Shown: one piece after another, positions 1 to 8,460 of the stretch
Layout: every line of letters starts with the position of its first letter
How positions within the stretch are numbered: position 1 is the first letter of the stretch
Origin: Bdellovibrionales bacterium
GTDB lineage: Bacteria; Bdellovibrionota; Bdellovibrionia; Bdellovibrionales; UBA1609
DNA: 32,000 nucleotides
Assembly: GCA_965247685.1 (NCBI GenBank)
Contig: OZ252021.1
Location: 900,001-932,000 of the forward strand
Direction of reading: 5' to 3'
The notes under the pieces: model-generated
Databases searched by the model: none
The model's input: only the letters and a program-made list of their open reading frames with translations
Told to the model about the DNA's origin: nothing
Translations under genes and position numbers: made by a program

Positions 1-63
1 GGAAGAATTTTTTGCAGGAGTTCTTTTTTCAACTTGTAGTTCGAGAGGCTGTTCGTTGCTCAT
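1..63 (-). CDS. 5' end of a gene running off the window, possibly ribosomal protein L25/Ctc
   Basis: Minus-strand ATG at 63..61 gives MSNEQPLELQVEKRTPAKNSS..., open to the window edge. An AAAGGA Shine-Dalgarno lies about 8 nt upstream, directly after the prs stop. The prs-ctc(rplY)-pth order is widely conserved. Only 21 codons are visible, so the product is inferred from synteny. Confidence 0.45.
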   Translation of the reverse strand, partial: MSNEQPLELQVEKRTPAKNSS

Positions 64-80
64 GTTTTATCCTTTGCTAA

Positions 81-983
81 TCAATTTCTGTTTTTTATTT
101 CCTGAGCCAGCCACGAAGATATATCGATTTGTTTGATCTTCTGGCACTCTTTGGCTTGTTTACTTAATATCGTACTGTTTGTCACCCAAATTTCACGAAG
201 AGGACTTTTTTCTATGCGTTCAATAGCTGGTGGTGAGAAGAGTCCGTGAACAGCTACGACAAATATATCTTTTGCTCCATTTTTCACTAAATTGTCAACA
301 GCTGTACACAAAGTTCCTGCCGTATCAATCATATCATCCACTAAAATAACATTTTGGTTATGAACGTCTCCTTTGAGCTCGATTGCTTGAGCTTCGTTTG
401 GCCGAGCTCTTTCTTTCTTTATGGATGCTATCTTGGAGTCTCCGATAGATTGTGCAAAGTTTTTTGTTCTTTCTAAGCCTCCTTTGTCGGGGCTGACACA
501 GACGACTTTTAGAGAGGGATGATGGGTTTTCCATTCCTGAGCGAGAGTATCTAAAGCAGAAAGAGATTGAACAGGAATATCAAAAAAATCTGAGATCACT
601 TTAGAATGAGGATCAATCAGAATAACTTCGGAGGCTCCGGCTGTAGAGCAGAGTTGAGCCATGCAAGAGGCAGAAATAGGGGAGTGGGGCATTAATTTTC
701 TATCTTGCCGACTATAACCCATATAAGTGAGAAGAACTGTCACTTTTTTTGTATGAGTGTGCTTTAAAGCATCGAGTAAAATAAAAAGTTCCATATAATG
801 TTGATTCACAGGGGGACAGGTGCTTTGAATCACAAAGATATGTTGATTTTCAGTGTCTTCATGGATTTCTACACGACACTCTCCATCTGCGAATTGAGAG
901 TGTAGATGTTTCAAAATAGGAATTTGAGACTGCTCGCTGATCTTTTGAAGAAGTAAAGAAGGTGTTCCTATAAGCCGTTTCAT
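81..983 (-). CDS. prs: ribose-phosphate pyrophosphokinase (PRPP synthetase)
   Basis: 300 aa. Motifs FADGE..VEI, VIQSTCPPVN..MEL, GYSRQDRK, VSPDKGG and the PRPP-binding loop VDDMIDTAGT are colinear with bacterial Prs. Confidence 0.95.
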   Translation of the reverse strand: MKRLIGTPSLLLQKISEQSQIPILKHLHSQFADGECRVEIHEDTENQHIFVIQSTCPPVNQHYMELFILLDALKHTHTKKVTVLLTYMGYSRQDRKLMPHSPISASCMAQLCSTAGASEVILIDPHSKVISDFFDIPVQSLSALDTLAQEWKTHHPSLKVVCVSPDKGGLERTKNFAQSIGDSKIASIKKERARPNEAQAIELKGDVHNQNVILVDDMIDTAGTLCTAVDNLVKNGAKDIFVVAVHGLFSPPAIERIEKSPLREIWVTNSTILSKQAKECQKIKQIDISSWLAQEIKNRN

Positions 984-1591
984 TATTTTTCCCTATCATA
1001 AAAATATTCGCAGAAATACACTACATGGAAGCTTTATATTTGACAATGAAAAAATCATATAGGTTATTTTGATGTTCTATATATAGTAAGAGGGGGGGTA
1101 TTTTTGGTTATTAAAAATTTTAGAGAGATTTTTATCTTAAGAAATTTGTTGATTTTTGATGTATTGGGAGTTCAAGCAAAAAAATTCACTCACTCAACTT
1201 TTTTTAAATATTTTGACTCTAAACTTTTTCCGACCAGATATGATCTACATAAAATTTATATCAGTTTTATGGAAATGTATCCATTTACTTCAGACTTTCA
1301 GGCATCACTCTTTATTTTCTGCAAAAAAATATAAAATTTAATTCATGACAACTTAAGAAAGTTTTTGATGATAATATATAAAGGAATTGTTCTAAGCTTG
1401 TTTTTAAGTTTTTCTACGAAGAATCCCTCTTTTTTATATTGATTTTTTGTTGGATAAAATAATTTTTTTTTTAAAAATGAAAAGGGTTGATTTTATATTG
1501 ACTCTGTTTTTATCAGATGTTCAGCAGCATCAAAAAATTCAATATTTTCAGTTGCAATCGTTCTTGATTTATGTCATTTGTTTTTTTCTGT

Positions 1592-2311
1592 ATGAGAAAA
1601 GATGGAAGAGAAGCTTCAGATTTGAGAAAAATTGAGATCGTTCCTCATTGTTTTTCCTATGCGGAAGGAAGTGCAGAGATTTCCTTAGGAAAAACGAAGG
1701 TTTTATGTGCGGCTTCTGTGGATGAATATCTACCTAAATGGAGGCAACATAGCGGACAAGGCTGGATCACAGCAGAGTACAATATGCTTCCTCGCTCTAC
1801 ATCCTCTCGTATCCGAAGGGAGAAAGCTATTTCTTCTGGTCGCTCCAAAGAAATTTCTCGCTTAATTGGTCGAAGCCTTCGAGCTTGTTGTGATCTAAGT
1901 TTGCTGGGAGAAAGACAAATTTTTATCGATTGTGATGTATTGCAAGCTGACGGAGGAACCCGAGTCGCTTCTATTACAGGCGGTTTTGTCGCCTTAGCTT
2001 TAGCTATTCAAAAATTAGGTTTAAAAACCTGCCCTTTACGTTTTTATGTTGCTGCTGTGAGTGTGGCTCTTTGGAAAAATCAAGTGATTGTGGATCCTAT
2101 GGCAAAAGAGGATCAAGAATGCTCTACAGATATGAGTTTTTCTTTTTCAAGCTTAGGTGATTTTATAGAAATTCAAGGGACTGCAGAGCATGAAGTTTTT
2201 AATCAAAGTCATTTGAATAGCATGATTGATTTAGGAAGAAATGCAACTCGTCAGCTTTTTAATCATCAAGAAAAAATTGTGGGCGAATTTTTCCCTTTAC
2301 AGTTAAAATAA
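1592..2311 (+). CDS. rph: ribonuclease PH
   Basis: MRKDGREASDLRKIEI..., GWITAEYNMLPRST, EISRLIGRSLR and CDVLQADGGTR match RNase PH along the full length. The ORF track starts at 1571, but the extra MSFVFFC has no counterpart in RNase PH, so ATG 1592 is preferred. The start is uncertain. Confidence 0.92.
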   Translation: MRKDGREASDLRKIEIVPHCFSYAEGSAEISLGKTKVLCAASVDEYLPKWRQHSGQGWITAEYNMLPRSTSSRIRREKAISSGRSKEISRLIGRSLRACCDLSLLGERQIFIDCDVLQADGGTRVASITGGFVALALAIQKLGLKTCPLRFYVAAVSVALWKNQVIVDPMAKEDQECSTDMSFSFSSLGDFIEIQGTAEHEVFNQSHLNSMIDLGRNATRQLFNHQEKIVGEFFPLQLK

Positions 2312-2324
2312 GGTTTTGATCCAA

Positions 2325-2939
2325 ATGTCTGTTCCCATTTTATGGCTTGCTACCAATAATAAAAATAAAATCAAAGAATTTGAAGAATTATTAGGTGATC
2401 TTTTTTTTCAATTAAAAACAATGAGTGATATTAATCAAGAATCTCCAGAAGAAACAGGTCAGACATTTTTAGAAAATACACGAATTAAGCTCCATGCATT
2501 TCAAAAACAAAAACCTCAATCTTGGGTGCTTGCAGAAGATGGAGGTATTGAAGTGGATGCTTTACAAGGTCGGCCGGGTGTTTACTCAGGCCGCTATTTT
2601 AAAAAAGAAGCCTCTTGGTCTGAGCGTCTTGAAGCTTTGCTTTCAGAAATGAAAAGTGTTCCTCAGAATTTAAGAACTGCTCGAATGACTTCGGTGATAC
2701 TTGTGAGTTCACCAAGCGGAGAGATAACTCAAGCCAAAGGAGTGGTGGAAGGTCAGATTGCTTTTGAAATCAGAGGAAATAAAGGTTTTGCTTATGATTG
2801 GGTTTTTATACCTCAAGGTCAGATGAAGACGATAGGAGAATTAGGATATCCATTCAAAAATCAAGTTTCTCACCGAGCGATTGCAGCAAAAAAATTTATT
2901 CAGCAGCTACCGACTTCTTTTTTAAGAAATAAAAGTTAA
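2325..2939 (+). CDS. rdgB: non-canonical purine NTP pyrophosphatase (dITP/XTP pyrophosphatase, RdgB/HAM1 family)
   Basis: ATNNKNKIKEF, FAYDWVFIP and SHRAIA motifs of the Ham1/RdgB family. It lies directly after rph, the common rph-rdgB order. ATG 2325 is preferred over TTG 2316 because AAGG sits about 11 nt upstream. Confidence 0.88.
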   Translation: MSVPILWLATNNKNKIKEFEELLGDLFFQLKTMSDINQESPEETGQTFLENTRIKLHAFQKQKPQSWVLAEDGGIEVDALQGRPGVYSGRYFKKEASWSERLEALLSEMKSVPQNLRTARMTSVILVSSPSGEITQAKGVVEGQIAFEIRGNKGFAYDWVFIPQGQMKTIGELGYPFKNQVSHRAIAAKKFIQQLPTSFLRNKS

Positions 2940-2967
2940 AGGAATTTATCAATTGAAAATTTTTCTT

Positions 2968-3492
2968 TTAATTAATCTTGGCGATATGCGGTAGATTTCT
3001 CATTTGTTCGTGGTAGTCCATTCCGTATCCGACAATAAAAGGATCTCCTTGAACTTCAAAACCAATATAATCCAGCTGAACTTTCTTTTGTATTTGTTCA
3101 GGTTTATGAACAAGAACTGCTGTGGTGATACTTTGGGGTTTTCTTGCTTTCAGATGATCTAAAACACTACTGAGTGTCACTCCTCGATCAACAACATCGT
3201 CGATGAGAATGACATGTTTATCTTCTAGATCAACTGTAATGTCGAGGTCAATGCGAACCTCCGTTGAAGGTTTGTTACGAATGCCGTAGCTGGATGCAGA
3301 ATAGAAGTCACAGATCATATCTACTTTCATTGCAGACAAGAGATCGCAGTAAAAACGAATAGAACCCTTGAGCATACCTATTGCGACCAAACGTTTACCT
3401 TTTAGTTGAGTGGTGAGTTGATCAGCAATTTCATACACACGTTTTCGAATGTCTTCTTCTGGAAAGAGAATGGATGTTTTTAAGTTAGTCAT
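2968..3492 (-). CDS. hpt: hypoxanthine(-guanine) phosphoribosyltransferase
   Basis: 174 aa with the PRPP-binding motif VILIDDVVDRGVTLS, a C-terminal FIVGYGMDY motif, and size and layout typical of Hpt. Confidence 0.92.
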   Translation of the reverse strand: MTNLKTSILFPEEDIRKRVYEIADQLTTQLKGKRLVAIGMLKGSIRFYCDLLSAMKVDMICDFYSASSYGIRNKPSTEVRIDLDITVDLEDKHVILIDDVVDRGVTLSSVLDHLKARKPQSITTAVLVHKPEQIQKKVQLDYIGFEVQGDPFIVGYGMDYHEQMRNLPHIAKIN

Positions 3493-3741
3493 TCTTATAA
3501 ATAAACTTAAAATATATTTTTTTTCAAGTCATGTTATTGGTTTCTATTCTTTTTTATTAAAAAAAATGAAAAATAGATCAAATATTTTTATAAACCGAGA
3601 GTATTCAAGATAGAAATAGTCTGTATACTCTTTGGAAAGGCCTATTTATTCTTGAAACGGGTGCATAATTGGGATAATTGTTAAAAAGGGTGTTATAGAT
3701 TTTATTTAATAGCACCTTTCGTTTATTGAGGGTCGGTTTTT

Positions 3742-4629
3742 GTGCAACATCAACCCGTTATGGTCAAAGAAATTCTCAACTACACTCAGGATATTCCTCA
3801 TCTTCGATGGTGTTTAGATGCTACTTTTGGCAGAGGTGGGCATACCTTGGCTTTAAAAAAGAAGTGGCCTTTGTTGAAGACACTGGCTCTTGATCAAGAT
3901 TTAGAGGCTGTGGAATGGGGGAAGAAGCACATAGAATCTAGTGACATTTACATTCATCATTTGAATTTTCATCATTTTGAAAGAGAGTTATTGAAACGCT
4001 ACTCCATAGATGAAGGTTTTGATATAATTTTATTAGATTTAGGGCCAAGCTCTCCTCAGTTAGATGATGCAGCCAGAGGTTTTAGTTTTTATAAGGATGG
4101 ACCTTTAGATATGAGAATGAACCATTGTTTAGAAAAGACAGCTATGGATATTGTGAACAGTGATTCCGAGGAGGATCTTCTTCGTTTATTTCGAGATTGT
4201 GGCGAGGTGCGTAATCCATGGCCTGTGGTGCGCTCTATTATTCGAGAAAGAAAGAAAAAGAAAATTCTCTCTACTTTGCAGTTGGCGCGGTTGGTAGAAA
4301 AGGCATCCTCTTGGAGAGGAAGAAGAACTCATCCTGCAACTAATTATTTTTTGGCTTTAAGAATTGCAGTCAATAATGAGCTGGATGGACTTCATCGAGC
4401 TTTGTCTGAGTGGCTGCCTTTGTTAAGTTCTCAGGGGAGGATGTTTGTTATGAGTTTTCACTCACTAGAGGATCGTATTGTGAAGAGATTGTTTAAGAAG
4501 TGGATTTCTGATAATCAAGGTGTGTTGGTGAACAAAAAAGTGATTCGACCCTCTTTAGAGGAGAGAAAATTGAATGTGAGAAGTCGCAGTGCAAAGTTGA
4601 GAATTTTTCAAAAAGGGGAGTTAGTATGA
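3742..4629 (+). CDS. rsmH: 16S rRNA (cytosine1402-N4)-methyltransferase
   Basis: HQPVMVKEIL start, SAM-binding DATFGRGGHT, DLGPSSPQLD and SFHSLEDRIVK motifs. It is the first gene of the dcw cluster. GTG start with GAGGG about 10 nt upstream. Confidence 0.93.
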   Translation: MQHQPVMVKEILNYTQDIPHLRWCLDATFGRGGHTLALKKKWPLLKTLALDQDLEAVEWGKKHIESSDIYIHHLNFHHFERELLKRYSIDEGFDIILLDLGPSSPQLDDAARGFSFYKDGPLDMRMNHCLEKTAMDIVNSDSEEDLLRLFRDCGEVRNPWPVVRSIIRERKKKKILSTLQLARLVEKASSWRGRRTHPATNYFLALRIAVNNELDGLHRALSEWLPLLSSQGRMFVMSFHSLEDRIVKRLFKKWISDNQGVLVNKKVIRPSLEERKLNVRSRSAKLRIFQKGELV

Positions 4630-4916
4630 TTCCAGTTTCTCTTCGTCCTTTTTTTAGTATTATGATGATTATTTTATCTTTATTGACCATTGTTTTTATA
4701 AAGATTGAAGTTCGTCGGTTGAACTATTCTATTCTGAGGAAGAATCGTCAGCATCAGGTGTTAATGAATCGCTATCATAAAAATTTAATGAGCTATTTGG
4801 AGATGACTCGTGGTGCTCGTTTAAATCGTTTAGCTCGATCTCAGTTGACTTTGGATCATGCACAAAAAGGGCAGGTGATATTAATTGTTGGGGGAGATAT
4901 TGCAATCCCTCAATAA
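4626..4916 (+). CDS. ftsL: cell division protein FtsL-like (small bitopic membrane protein)
   Basis: 96 aa with a single N-terminal TM segment (FFSIMMIILSLLTIVFIKI). ATGA overlap with the rsmH stop, in the conserved position between rsmH and ftsI. Sequence conservation is weak, as is usual for FtsL. The last 15 codons lie inside the 74-bp tandem repeat. Confidence 0.7.
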   Translation: MIPVSLRPFFSIMMIILSLLTIVFIKIEVRRLNYSILRKNRQHQVLMNRYHKNLMSYLEMTRGARLNRLARSQLTLDHAQKGQVILIVGGDIAIPQ

Positions 4917-5024
4917 CACTAAGGAATGTAATGATTAAAAAAGCACAGGTGATACTAATTGTTGGGGGAGATATTGCAATCCCTCAATAACACTAAGGAA
5001 TGCAATGATTAAAAAAGCACAGGT
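4872..5024. repeat. 74-bp tandem duplication (2 full copies plus 5 nt) spanning the ftsL 3' end and the ftsL-ftsI spacer
   Basis: Copy 1 is 4872..4945 and copy 2 is 4946..5019, differing at 2 positions (both T/C). A third copy starts at 5020 (CAGGT) and then diverges. Related AAAAAG-NN-CAGGT microhomology flanks both ends. Confidence 0.92.
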
Positions 5025-5033
5025 TTTAATAAG

Positions 5034-6992
5034 ATGAAAAAAATAAAATTATTTTCTAAAGTGAAATTGAATCGTCGGGTGCTTTGGATTTACGGGCTGA
5101 GTGGTATTATTGTTTGTGTGTTTTTGATTCAAGGTTTTCGTCTACAAATTTGGCCGAGTGAGCGACTGGTTCAAACAAAAAAGAATTTATTTGAAAAAGT
5201 GGTTACTATCAAACCTCGAAGGGGTGTGATTTATGATCGCTATGGTCGAGAGTTAGCACTTTCTGTTTCTTCTTATTCTTTGTTTGCAGATCCTTCTTTG
5301 CTAAAGAATCCAAGGAGAGTAGCTCAAAAATTGACTCGGCTTCTAGGCGTTTCTCAAAAAAATATTTTTAATAAAATTAAAAATAAGAAAAGAAGATTTG
5401 TTTGGTTAAAAAGACATATTGCTGAAAAACATAGAGAGAAGATTAAGTCTTGGGATATTTATGGATTAGGTTTTATAGAGGAGCCTAAGAGGGTTTATCC
5501 GAACGGAAAACTGATGTCTCAAGTTTTAGGTTTTACGGGTATAGATGGGCGCGGATTAGAAGGTTTAGAATTGGTCTTCGATGAATATCTTCGTGGGATG
5601 ACTCAAAAAATTATCACTCCTCGAGATGCTCGCGGGCGATCGCTCTTTATAGACGGTGGACTTTTTATTAATAAGTCTCGAGGTTCAGATATTTATCTAA
5701 CTATTGATAGTGATTTGCAGTTTGTGATGGAAAGAGAATTAGAGTCTGCCGTAAAAAAATTTCAAGCTCGTTCTGCGGTAGGTTTAATTTTGTCTGTAGA
5801 TGATTCAGAGATACTAGCTTTAGCTCATTACCCTAATTTTGATCCGAATTGGCCTTTTAAGTATTCATCAGAACTTTATCGTAATCGTATTGTTGCAGAT
5901 GCATTTGAGCCAGGGAGTACTTTTAAAACTTTTTCTGTGGCGACAGCTTTAAAGGAAAAACTTGCTCCTCATACCCTCTTTGATGGAAGGAAAGGAAAGT
6001 TGGTTATTGGTAAACATATCATTCATGAGGCAGAAGAAGATCATAAGTACGAGAAATTAACTATCTCAGATATTTTATCTGTTTCTTCTAATGTGGGTTC
6101 TGCTTTGTTGGCGTTAAAGTTGACGGATCGAGTACTTTATTCTTCTTTAAAAGGTTTTGGTTTTGGTCAAAAGATGGGTGTCTCTTTTCCTTTGGAAGGA
6201 AGAGGTGTTCTTCAGCCTTTACCATGGAGGGATATTTTAACTGGGAATGTGGGTTTTGGTCAGGGTATTTCTACAACTCCTTTGCAGCTTGCTGTAGGTT
6301 ATATGGCGATAGCAAATGGGGGTTTATTAAGGAAGCCTAAAATACTCCGATCGATTGTGAATGTGAGCGGGCAGAAAAAATCATATTCTTTTTCTTCGAA
6401 TGAGCGGCGAATTTTAAGTGAAGAAAATTCTAAAATTTTAACTTTTATGCTCACGCAGGCAACTTCTCAAAAAGGGACAGGTTTTCGTGCTCGTATTGAG
6501 GGGTTCTTAACAGCAGGAAAAACAGGAACAGCGCAAAAACCGGATCTTAAAAAAGGTGGCTATATTCCTGGAAAGTATATTTCAAGTTTTGCAGGATTTG
6601 TTCCTTCGGATCATCCTCGATTTGTAATTTATGTTGCCGTGGATGAGCCCACGAAAAAGTTTTATGGATCGACTGTGGCTGCTCCTATTTTTTCTCAAGT
6701 GGGATCCTACGCCGTCAGGAGGGCTAGCTTAGCCCCATCTATCGTGGAGGAGCCTCATGTAATTGAGCGACCTCAATTGTTCGTTTCGAAAAATAGTTCA
6801 AAGAGTGTGATTTCTAAGGAAAAAACTCCGAACTTTGTGGGCTTAAGCCTAAGGGAGTCTTTGCAAAAAGCGAAGAATGAAGATTTAAAGTTAAGGATTA
6901 AGGGTTTTGGTTTGGTTTTGCAATCGATTCCTTTTTCTGGATCTCCTTTGCCTAAAGATAGAACGATTACTTTGATATTTGGAAACTCATAG
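5034..6992 (+). CDS. ftsI: peptidoglycan D,D-transpeptidase FtsI (class B PBP) with a C-terminal PASTA-like domain
   Basis: 652 aa with an N-terminal TM anchor and the SxxK (STFK), SxN (SSN) and KTG (KTGT) boxes in canonical order. dcw position between ftsL and murE. The C-terminal roughly 55 aa (PNFVGLSLRESLQKAKNEDLKLRIKGFGLVLQSIPFSGSPLPKDRTITLIF) fit the PASTA pattern. Confidence 0.9.
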   Translation: MKKIKLFSKVKLNRRVLWIYGLSGIIVCVFLIQGFRLQIWPSERLVQTKKNLFEKVVTIKPRRGVIYDRYGRELALSVSSYSLFADPSLLKNPRRVAQKLTRLLGVSQKNIFNKIKNKKRRFVWLKRHIAEKHREKIKSWDIYGLGFIEEPKRVYPNGKLMSQVLGFTGIDGRGLEGLELVFDEYLRGMTQKIITPRDARGRSLFIDGGLFINKSRGSDIYLTIDSDLQFVMERELESAVKKFQARSAVGLILSVDDSEILALAHYPNFDPNWPFKYSSELYRNRIVADAFEPGSTFKTFSVATALKEKLAPHTLFDGRKGKLVIGKHIIHEAEEDHKYEKLTISDILSVSSNVGSALLALKLTDRVLYSSLKGFGFGQKMGVSFPLEGRGVLQPLPWRDILTGNVGFGQGISTTPLQLAVGYMAIANGGLLRKPKILRSIVNVSGQKKSYSFSSNERRILSEENSKILTFMLTQATSQKGTGFRARIEGFLTAGKTGTAQKPDLKKGGYIPGKYISSFAGFVPSDHPRFVIYVAVDEPTKKFYGSTVAAPIFSQVGSYAVRRASLAPSIVEEPHVIERPQLFVSKNSSKSVISKEKTPNFVGLSLRESLQKAKNEDLKLRIKGFGLVLQSIPFSGSPLPKDRTITLIFGNS

Positions 6993-6996
6993 TTTG

Positions 6997-8460
6997 ATGG
7001 ACTCTAAAGATTTAAAATCTCTTTATTCTTTATGCCGCTCTTATTCTGTAGAGAATAAAGGTCAACTAAGGGATGATTCTCGTCTTGTACAAAAGGGAGA
7101 TATTTTTATTGCTTTAAAAGGAAGAAGGCAAGATGGTCATTTTTATATTGAGCAAGCGATAGCTCAAGGGGCTCAAGTCGTTATAGCTGAAAGAAAAGAT
7201 GCTGTTCCTTCTTCTTTTAAAGGTTTGACTTATATTGTCAATTCAACGGAAGAGCTTTTATCTTCTTTACTTAATCAATTTTATGATTGGCCTTCTCAGA
7301 AAATGTTTTGTGTGGGCATTACGGGAACTAATGGTAAGACAACGACTTCTTTAATGTTGGAAAAAATTTTTAATGACGGTGGTTGGAAGACGGGAGTGAT
7401 TGGAACTATGGATGCTCACATTGGATCTCAATCTTGGTCTTCTCAACTCACGACTCCAAGGCCTGTAGAGCTTTATGATAGGTTGAATGATTTTTATCAA
7501 AATGAAGCTCGTGCTATGGTCATGGAAGTTTCCAGTATCGGTCTAGATCAGAATCGAGTGCGTGGTGTAGATTTTAATATTTTAGTTTTTACAAATTTTA
7601 CTCAAGATCACTTGGATTATCACGGGAGTATGGAGTCTTATTTTCGATCGAAGGTTCGTTTGTTTGATATGATGAAAAAAGATTCTTCGAAGAATTATGT
7701 GGCTGTTATGAATGCCGATAATGAATGGGTTTATCGTTATATGAAAGAAAATTCTTTTCCTGCTATTTCTTATGGGCAGACAGGAAATGATATGCGTTAT
7801 GAGATTCTAAAAGAAAGTCTTGAGGGCGTGGAATTTCGTCTTTTTTATAAAGAGAAAATATACCATCTTCGTCTTCCTTTAATTGGTGCCCACAATGTTT
7901 CCAACGCGGTAGCAGCTTTAGCTACTGTTGTTGTTGGAGGCTTTTCTATTGAGCAGGCTTCAAAAAGTTTAGAATCTTTTTATGGTGCAAAGGGGCGTTT
8001 ACAAAAAGTTTGTTCTTCTCCCTTTTTTGTTTTTGTGGATTACGCTCATACGGATCAAGCTTTAAATAGCACCTTACAGGCTCTAAAAAAAGTTGGTCGA
8101 GGTCGATTGATTACAGTTTTTGGCTGTGGAGGAGAACGTGATCAAGGGAAGAGAGAAAAAATGGCTCAAGTTGCAGGCGATTATTCTGATTATGTAGTGG
8201 TGACTTCAGATAATCCAAGGAATGAGAATCCTCAAAAGATTATAAAAGATATTTTAAAGGGTTTAAAAATTCATTCCTCTCATGTTTTTGCATTGGAAGA
8301 TAGAAGATTAGGTATTCAAAAGGGTTTAGAGCTGGCTCGAAAAAATGATATTGTATTAATTGCAGGCAAGGGGCATGAGCAAAAACAGATTATTGGTTCT
8401 AAAGAGATTCCTTTTGATGATGTTCAGGTCGCTCAAGAGTTTTTGGTGGAGTATTCATGA
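6997..8460 (+). CDS. murE: UDP-N-acetylmuramoyl-L-alanyl-D-glutamate--2,6-diaminopimelate ligase
   Basis: Mur ligase P-loop GITGTNGKTTT and the DNPR motif (TSDNPRNENP) typical of meso-DAP-adding MurE. ATG 6997 lies 5 nt after the ftsI stop. The track's TTG 6979 would overlap ftsI, so the start is uncertain. Confidence 0.94.
   Translation: MDSKDLKSLYSLCRSYSVENKGQLRDDSRLVQKGDIFIALKGRRQDGHFYIEQAIAQGAQVVIAERKDAVPSSFKGLTYIVNSTEELLSSLLNQFYDWPSQKMFCVGITGTNGKTTTSLMLEKIFNDGGWKTGVIGTMDAHIGSQSWSSQLTTPRPVELYDRLNDFYQNEARAMVMEVSSIGLDQNRVRGVDFNILVFTNFTQDHLDYHGSMESYFRSKVRLFDMMKKDSSKNYVAVMNADNEWVYRYMKENSFPAISYGQTGNDMRYEILKESLEGVEFRLFYKEKIYHLRLPLIGAHNVSNAVAALATVVVGGFSIEQASKSLESFYGAKGRLQKVCSSPFFVFVDYAHTDQALNSTLQALKKVGRGRLITVFGCGGERDQGKREKMAQVAGDYSDYVVVTSDNPRNENPQKIIKDILKGLKIHSSHVFALEDRRLGIQKGLELARKNDIVLIAGKGHEQKQIIGSKEIPFDDVQVAQEFLVEYS

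Noticed and set aside
1104-1341. Two overlapping plus-strand ORFs (76 and 61 aa) in the prs-rph spacer, the first preceded by an AAGAGGGGGGG Shine-Dalgarno-like element 5 nt before a TTG
   Set aside because: Both frames are open simultaneously, which is the pattern expected from T-rich low-complexity DNA rather than selection. The translations are F/I/K/L-rich with no motif, and the start would be TTG. The G tract is kept only as a note in a low-interest finding.
1447-1635. 62-aa ORF overlapping the rph start
   Set aside because: It is low-complexity, out of frame with and overlapping a well-supported rph. It is most likely a chance ORF.
1657-1848. 63-aa antisense ORF inside rph
   Set aside because: Shadow ORF opposite a strongly supported gene, with no motif.
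4493-4690. 65-aa antisense ORF across the rsmH/ftsL junction
   Set aside because: Shadow ORF opposite two supported genes.
4872-5024. Whether the tandem repeats (here and at 17258, 22717 and 14237) could be a CRISPR array or mobile-element ends
   Set aside because: The copies are directly abutting with no spacers and there are only about 2 copies each. No cas, transposase or integrase genes are present, and there are no inverted terminal repeats. They are simple tandem duplications.
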